A DNA stretch of 64,000 nucleotides from Candidatus Pacearchaeota archaeon (GTDB taxonomy: Archaea > Nanobdellota > Nanobdellia > UBA10117 > JAFCGA01). How positions within the stretch are numbered: the first letter of the stretch is position 1; each line of letters begins with the position of its first letter. The translations under genes and the position numbers were made by a program. Where the stretch lies: contig JAFCGA010000002.1 of assembly GCA_017608345.1 (NCBI GenBank), positions 1,396 to 65,395 of the forward strand, in the 5' to 3' direction. The notes beneath the pieces were generated by a model, which saw only the letters and a list, made by a program, of their open reading frames with translations, was not told the DNA's origin and did no database searches. This document shows positions 58,607 to 64,000 of the stretch, in pieces.

Positions 58607-59336
58607 GCTTAATCACCTCAATTACTAATTTCTCTATTTCTTCTTTATCAAATGATGCCTCTTCTTTTCTTATTTTCTTAGTGAAGTAAGTCTCAATAAG
58701 CTTGTTTACTTTCTTATTTGGTGCACCTTTAAGTTTCTCAGAAGCTTGCTTTTGGATAACTATTTTTTCCATGAATTCCTGCGCATATTTCGGCAGATAT
58801 GTTGTTGTTTTTTTATATTTCAATGGAGGTACGTTTCTGTATTTCTTCAAGTATTCCACGCAAGCTATTGCTCTCAGAACATAAACATATTTCTTAAGAT
58901 TAACTTCGTCTTTGTTTCGTATATACTTCTCATAATTTTGTCTTGCTAAGCTTATGTAATGTTTCTTCAACGCGTGTCGAGAAAAATATTTCTTGAAGAT
59001 CTCCCGAAATTTCTTTCGATACATCGAGTTGATATAAACTTGGTCGCTTTCTAGCCATTCAGATATAGATGGATTTGATTTTAATAGTAATGAAGCGAAT
59101 TTCTTAATATCCCAGCTAACTATATCAATATCACCTTGCATAGTCTCTATCTGTGGCTTGATCAGCTTAATTCCGAGATACGCGTCAATAGAGCTGCAAT
59201 GGATTGCTCTCACGTCATAATCTGAATCTTCAGACGCAAAACCCCAAGCTCGGCTTCCAGATTCAATAGCGAAGATAAATCTAATATTATGCTTCTCTTC
59301 GAGCTTTTTAAGTGAAGCGAGTATTTTCTCTTTCAT
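58584..59336 (-). CDS. predicted nucleotidyltransferase (YcgL/RlaP-like)
   Basis: ESGSRAWGF.S.DSDYDVR, WD..K...LL.SNP...EWL.S, KKY.YVLR. Confidence 0.9.
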   Translation of the reverse strand: MKEKILASLKKLEEKHNIRFIFAIESGSRAWGFASEDSDYDVRAIHCSSIDAYLGIKLIKPQIETMQGDIDIVSWDIKKFASLLLKSNPSISEWLESDQVYINSMYRKKFREIFKKYFSRHALKKHYISLARQNYEKYIRNKDEVNLKKYVYVLRAIACVEYLKKYRNVPPLKYKKTTTYLPKYAQEFMEKIVIQKQASEKLKGAPNKKVNKLIETYFTKKIRKEEASFDKEEIEKLVIEVIKHYNLRNR

Positions 59337-59375
59337 AAATAAAAGTAAAATAGTCTATTCAAAAAGCTTACTAAT

Positions 59376-59729
59376 CTACTCTGCTAGGTCTTTATTTTCC
59401 TCGAACCATTTATATGCTAAATCAATCTGATTAAGATACTCTTTCTCTAAATCAACACCATAGTGATTTGCTAATCGAATTAGAATAAACAGGATATCAG
59501 ACATTTCGTCTCCGAGTTTTTCCTTAGTTGTCTTGTATTCCTCTAGCTTATCTCGGTGCTTAATGTAATAGTTCTCAATCGACATCACGTATTTAGCTAA
59601 TTCACCTAATTGCTTTTGGAGTTCCATAACGCACGCTTCAGGTCCCCAGGGCTTTTTCTCATGCTTAGCGAATTCGCTATGTAATTTTAGTGTTTTTTCC
59701 TTAATTTCATCAAAAGTTAAGCTTGCCAT
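59376..59729 (-). CDS. MazG-like nucleotide pyrophosphohydrolase
   Basis: L..Q.GELA, DE.SD.L..L..LA..YGVDLE. Confidence 0.8.
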   Translation of the reverse strand: MASLTFDEIKEKTLKLHSEFAKHEKKPWGPEACVMELQKQLGELAKYVMSIENYYIKHRDKLEEYKTTKEKLGDEMSDILFILIRLANHYGVDLEKEYLNQIDLAYKWFEENKDLAE

Positions 59730-59769
59730 GCTAGCGCTCAGGAGCTAATTCATAAAAAGATTATGGTGA

Positions 59770-60813
59770 TTATCGCCGCGTATGCACATCCCGTTGCGGG
59801 AAAGGAATTTCAATTCGTTCTTTCTTAAATCTTTCATGAATCGCTTTAATGAATTCATGGCGAACGGGGAATTTAGCTGAGCGATCTTTTACTTTAAGAA
59901 TTGCATTAAAATTAATGCTTGAATCGCCGAAATCAGTGTATCGAACTACTGGTTTGAATTCTGGATCACCACCGTCTACACGTTTAAGAACTTTTTTTGA
60001 AACATCAATAACAACTTTTTCTACTTTTTCTAGATCCGCGTCGTAGCTTACACCAATCGGAATAGCGAATAGCATGCTAGAACGCGGAGCATTATAATTA
60101 CGTAAAACTGCAGAGCTAATCTTTGAATTCGGAATAATTAAGTGATTATTATCCCACGTTTTTATTCTGGTGGTGCGCCATCCAATATCAGTTACGTGCC
60201 CTGAAACTTTGTCATCTAGCTCGATAAAGTCTCCGATTCGGATTGGCCGATCAGTACTTAAGTAGATTGCAGAGAAGAAATTCTCTAGTGTTGGCTTGAG
60301 TGCTAATGCAATTGCTATGCCCCCAATTCCTAGCCCTGCTAGCAGCGGAGTAATCTTAACACCGAAGCTCATTAAAATTAGCAAAATAGCTACTATAACA
60401 ATTATTGCGTTTATGACCTTACGCACGAAATTAAAGATCGTGCTATCTATTTTTTTCTTGAATTTATGCTGTAGCTCATCCGTGTACCATAAGAACAGCG
60501 CATGAATTATTTTAGTAGTAAATAGCGCTCCAGTTAATATCCAAATTACATTGAATATTCGATCCAGGGGCAGGTTAAATATTACGAAAGAAGGATGAAC
60601 TACGCGAAGCGCATAATAGAATCCACCAACGAGGAAGATTATCTTTAACGGCAAGCTTATATGTCGGATAAGAATATCATCCAGCTGTGTTTTAGTCTTA
60701 CTCGATAAGTGTTTTATCCATAGCAGTATTTTATTAAGAAATATCGATAATGTAAATACTGCTGCTAGAATTATAGTTGCTAGAACGTATTTGTTTGATA
60801 GTATGCTGAGCAT
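59770..60813 (-). CDS. mscS: small-conductance mechanosensitive channel
   Basis: LAGLGIGGIA.ALA, P.RIGD.I, IGWR.T, IPNS, F..E.IEIPFPQ. Confidence 0.93.
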   Translation of the reverse strand: MLSILSNKYVLATIILAAVFTLSIFLNKILLWIKHLSSKTKTQLDDILIRHISLPLKIIFLVGGFYYALRVVHPSFVIFNLPLDRIFNVIWILTGALFTTKIIHALFLWYTDELQHKFKKKIDSTIFNFVRKVINAIIVIVAILLILMSFGVKITPLLAGLGIGGIAIALALKPTLENFFSAIYLSTDRPIRIGDFIELDDKVSGHVTDIGWRTTRIKTWDNNHLIIPNSKISSAVLRNYNAPRSSMLFAIPIGVSYDADLEKVEKVVIDVSKKVLKRVDGGDPEFKPVVRYTDFGDSSINFNAILKVKDRSAKFPVRHEFIKAIHERFKKERIEIPFPQRDVHTRR

Positions 60814-60854
60814 GGCAGTCTATTTTGATTCAAGTATAAAATAGTTACTAAAAG

Positions 60855-61079
60855 TAGCGCGGGTTAGATTTGAACTAACGACCTACGGGTCTCTCTAGCC
60901 TTTATTTCGGAGCGAAAGTAAAGTAAAATGCTTCTCTTTCTTTCCCCAGGGTTTCTTTCTCTTCGCAAGAGAAAGAAAGGCTGTATGAGCCCGTCGGGCA
61001 CCTTCTGCAACCAAAGCTGAGCTATCTTCTTTTCGCCAACCTTTTTTTAAAAGGTTGTTCCAGACTGCCCCACCGCGCT
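60855..61079 (-). tRNA. initiator tRNA-Met (CAT) with two introns (61002-61058 in D-loop; 60891-60983 at 37/38)
   Basis: Spliced: AGCGCGG TG GGGC AGTCTGGAGT GCCC G ACGGG CTCATAA CCCGT AGGTC GTTAG TTCAAAT CTAAC CCGCGCT A; A1-U72 pair and three G-C pairs in anticodon stem; BHB-like junctions; CCA not encoded. Confidence 0.92.
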
Positions 61080-61118
61080 AGTAAAAAGTCCGTGCAGCAC
61101 TTTAAAAAAGCTTCGAAT

Positions 61119-61907
61119 TCACAAAAGTTTGATTCTTAAAAAACCGCCAACTGTTTCGAGATATTTTTTAGAAGTGTCCGCTAGCTCCGCATTTGTCAAG
61201 AGCAGGACAGGGGTCCGTTGTTCTAGAGCTTCAGCATATAATTCAACTAGCTCGCTCTTGCTAATCTTTCTCTTGTTTCGGATTCTAATTAAGAACTTGA
61301 CAGCGCCGACCGCAGAAGGTACATTAACAAGTAGATCTGCGCTCCTCGATTTCTCTTCTTTTTCTAGTATTTCGATTTTATTTCTGACTAGCAGATTAAT
61401 TGCACGTTCGATGAAATTATCCCTGTCTTCTTCGTTTATATCTGGTTCAATTAGCAGAATTTCTTTTTTTTTAGCTTCTGGCGTTGGTAGCGGAATTTCA
61501 GACCTAGCTATTTTTATTTGAACGCGAGGTTGAATTGGCGGTTGAGGCGCTAGTTTTATTGTTTTAATTCTGGCTTCTTCTGTCTCGATTCTCTTCAGGC
61601 GGTTATCAAACTCTTCCCGCTTTTTTGCTAGTTCTGGCGTGACATTAACTTTCTTGTCAGCATATATCCTAGCAGTTTTTTTAGCAGACAATCCAGAGAT
61701 TTTGGCTTCGACTGCTGATTCCTGACCGGGTGCAAAGTAAATAAAGGACTCGCCTACCTTCTTTTGGCTTTTTCTTAGTACTCCTGTCTCAACCAACTCA
61801 TCTAAGTATGCTTTTGTGAGGAAACTATTACTTCCTACTTTGCTAGATACTTCTACTGGCAAGGAAGGACCTTGGCTTCGAATAATACTAATTATCTTCT
61901 CGCGCAT
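61119..61907 (-). CDS. hypothetical protein with N-terminal winged-helix-like and C-terminal nuclease-like domains
   Basis: GPSLP......S....YL.EL...G; C-terminal D....PS.VG...F....K.K. Confidence 0.65.
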   Translation of the reverse strand: MREKIISIIRSQGPSLPVEVSSKVGSNSFLTKAYLDELVETGVLRKSQKKVGESFIYFAPGQESAVEAKISGLSAKKTARIYADKKVNVTPELAKKREEFDNRLKRIETEEARIKTIKLAPQPPIQPRVQIKIARSEIPLPTPEAKKKEILLIEPDINEEDRDNFIERAINLLVRNKIEILEKEEKSRSADLLVNVPSAVGAVKFLIRIRNKRKISKSELVELYAEALEQRTPVLLLTNAELADTSKKYLETVGGFLRIKLL

Positions 61908-61957
61908 AAGCTATAGTTTAAATTAGTCAATTTAAATAATTGTTTTGTGGAAACAAA

Positions 61958-62737
61958 TCAGATCTTTATTACGTGTGCGTGATCGACTCTACCTAGCAAT
62001 GCTTCAGCTAATTTTATTCCACCAACAGCTTCAGGTATGATTACCAGATCTGCTCCCGCATGTTTAAATTTGGATATTAGTTCTGCATCCATAATTCTCG
62101 CAGCGATTGTTAGCTTCGGATTAAGGTGTCTAGCAGTTATTACAAGCAGAAGATTCTTACCGTCATCTCCGAGCGAAGCAGTTAGCGATTTTGCCTGTTC
62201 TACTCCGACCGCAACTAATACTTCCTCATCGATAGGCCCAGTTTCATAAACATAGTGGCCTTTTCTCCGCAGTGCATTTATTACGTCAGATTCTTTTTCA
62301 ATAAATACTACCTTCTCTTTTTTCTCAGCTAATTTCTTACCAACATTTTTACCGACTCTTCCAGCCCCACAAATTATATGATGATTTTTCATTTTCTTCA
62401 TTCGATTCATACGTTTCACCCCGTGTAGATGTCTACCGATTTTTCCAGATATCGAGATATCTATTAGAATATAAAATATATAAAATATTAAAACAGATAC
62501 AGCAAAGGATAGAGTCAAGTAGATTGATTTAAGCGCTAGTCCCGCAGCCATAAATTCGTCCCCGCTATGAGTAGCAAACGCTAGCGCAAATGAAATAGCC
62601 TCTCCGACAGGCATATTTTTTATATAAGATATTGCAACTCCGCTAAAAACGAAAATCCCAATCATTACTAGAATTCCAATGCTAGCTTTCTTAAAAGCTT
62701 CAGCTATTGAATCCGGAACCGCTACTTTACCACCCAT
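61958..62737 (-). CDS. 2-TM ion channel with TrkA-N/RCK domain
   Basis: Two TM segments and pore helix, H.IICGAGRVG, DD..NL....AR..NP, AGAD.VI.P. Confidence 0.85.
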   Translation of the reverse strand: MGGKVAVPDSIAEAFKKASIGILVMIGIFVFSGVAISYIKNMPVGEAISFALAFATHSGDEFMAAGLALKSIYLTLSFAVSVLIFYIFYILIDISISGKIGRHLHGVKRMNRMKKMKNHHIICGAGRVGKNVGKKLAEKKEKVVFIEKESDVINALRRKGHYVYETGPIDEEVLVAVGVEQAKSLTASLGDDGKNLLLVITARHLNPKLTIAARIMDAELISKFKHAGADLVIIPEAVGGIKLAEALLGRVDHAHVIKI

Positions 62738-62878
62738 ACAGTAGAAGATATAGTTTAGAGTATTAATAACTTTTGAAAGTGCTGGGAGCAAGCACGGCAG
62801 TCTTAGTTCGAACCCCTGACTGTGCTGTAAGTAATATAGTTCCTAAGACTTATTAAGATTACTATCATCCATTAAAGT

Positions 62879-63760
62879 ATGCTATGGATTGTCTTGGCCA
62901 TATTAACGGCAGTGATATGGGCAGCTGTGAATGTTTTAGACAAAATCTATCTGACAAAGTGGGTCCGCCAGCCGATGGTTCCGGTTATAATGCTGACTAT
63001 TTTTGGCGTAGTTTCGGTGCTTATTATCTACTTTGTGAAAGGCATAGCGAAGCTCTCATCTTTTCATCTCTTCATAGCTTTGATGTCGGGCGTTACATGG
63101 ATAGCCATGGCAATATTCTATTTTAAGGCGATTCAACTCGAAGAAGTATCAAGAGCAGCGCCTCTATTTTATGTAAATATTATTTTTGTCTTGATTCTCG
63201 CGACAATATTCTTAGGAGAGCGTTTTACATCTCTGAAATATCTTGGAGTCCTCCTATTGGGTGTAGGTGCAATAACGCTCTCCACTCGGAGCATACGTAT
63301 AAAGTTCAATAAAGCATTCTGGTTAATGTTATTAGCTTCATTACTAGTCGCAGTATCTACTATCTTAATGAAGTACCTATTGAATTTCACAGATTATTGG
63401 AGTGCTTTTGCATATAGACAAATTGGAGTTGGGCTTACAGCAATTCCGATATTATTACTATTTATGCCTGAGCTGATTAGAACTGTAAAACAACACGGTA
63501 CGAAGGTCCTTATAGCTATGTCTGCAGCTGAAATTGGTAATCTCACGGCTCTACTCCTCATAACGGTAGCGCTATCTATTGGTTTTGCTACATTAGTAAA
63601 TGCGCTCGTATCTGTACAGGTGATTTTTGTATTCTTATTTTCAATTATCCTTAGCACCTTCTATCCAAAGATATTAAGCGAGAAAATAACTAAGCCGATT
63701 ATTGTGCAGAAAATAATTTCGCTGGCGTTAATGGTAGCCGGTGCAGTTTTAGTTGCTTGA
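62879..63760 (+). CDS. EamA/DMT family transporter
   Basis: Ten TM segments, N.LDK, EEVSR..P, FLGE. Confidence 0.88.
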   Translation: MLWIVLAILTAVIWAAVNVLDKIYLTKWVRQPMVPVIMLTIFGVVSVLIIYFVKGIAKLSSFHLFIALMSGVTWIAMAIFYFKAIQLEEVSRAAPLFYVNIIFVLILATIFLGERFTSLKYLGVLLLGVGAITLSTRSIRIKFNKAFWLMLLASLLVAVSTILMKYLLNFTDYWSAFAYRQIGVGLTAIPILLLFMPELIRTVKQHGTKVLIAMSAAEIGNLTALLLITVALSIGFATLVNALVSVQVIFVFLFSIILSTFYPKILSEKITKPIIVQKIISLALMVAGAVLVA

Positions 63761-63829
63761 GCATAGCGATTTCTAAAGGAAAGGTTTTTAAGAATTCTAT
63801 CTGACGTCATTATTATGGCTAAGGTGAGT

Positions 63830-64000
63830 ATGAGCAATCCACATAATCCAGAAGAACTTATTGCAATTGTTGATGATAATGATAATGTCATTGGAAAATA
63901 TCCAAGAAGAAATCATGCAGAGGGAAGACTGCATAGAGAAACTTCTGTTTTAATTGTAAATCCAAATAATGAAGTTCTTGTTCAAGAAAGAGCTGATAAC
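63830..64000 (+). CDS. NUDIX / type 1 IPP isomerase-like protein (runs off window end)
   Basis: EELIAIVDDNDNVIG...R..H....LHR..SVLI.N...EVLVQ.R; AGGTGA upstream. Confidence 0.75.
   Translation, partial: MSNPHNPEELIAIVDDNDNVIGKYPRRNHAEGRLHRETSVLIVNPNNEVLVQERADN

Noticed and set aside
62791-62826. Hairpin AGCA..CAGTC/GACTG-TGCT with GTTCGAAC loop as a split-tRNA half
   Set aside because: The T-stem does not pair and there is no anticodon or acceptor context; it lies between divergent promoters

Overview
AT-rich archaeal chromosome window. PCNA, TFS, Cbf5, Dph6, Pth2, Hjc, MC1 and an archaeal initiator tRNA establish the domain; the compact gene style suggests a DPANN (Woesearchaeota/Pacearchaeota-like) lineage, which is inference only. 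Bases 1-36 kb are a large, actively remodelled surface-glycan locus with glycosyltransferases, a flippase, methyltransferases, WbpB/D/E-like enzymes, two B12-radical SAM enzymes and several gene relics. It contains a PhnDCE importer flanked by two LicC/PntC-like nucleotidyltransferases and two Thr-nucleophile sulfatase-fold proteins. Bases 36-64 kb are mostly housekeeping genes. Most notable: (1) a family of modular CCA...TGG hairpin elements at 40.9, 41.4 and 51.1 kb, one with a perfect 20-bp flanking duplication, whose sequences recur inside two BHB introns of the initiator tRNA-Met; (2) a possible phosphonate import-activate-transfer module for glycan decoration; (3) an 870-aa HEAT protein with adaptin/COP-like trunk-hinge-ear layout; (4) three conserved genes (hjc, rnhB, ybaK) that appear to need ATT/ATC-type start codons; (5) an apparently chimeric archaeal/bacterial AspRS; (6) an unannotated 42-aa peptide beside GNAT and radical SAM genes. 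All family calls come from motif recognition by eye; no searches were run.
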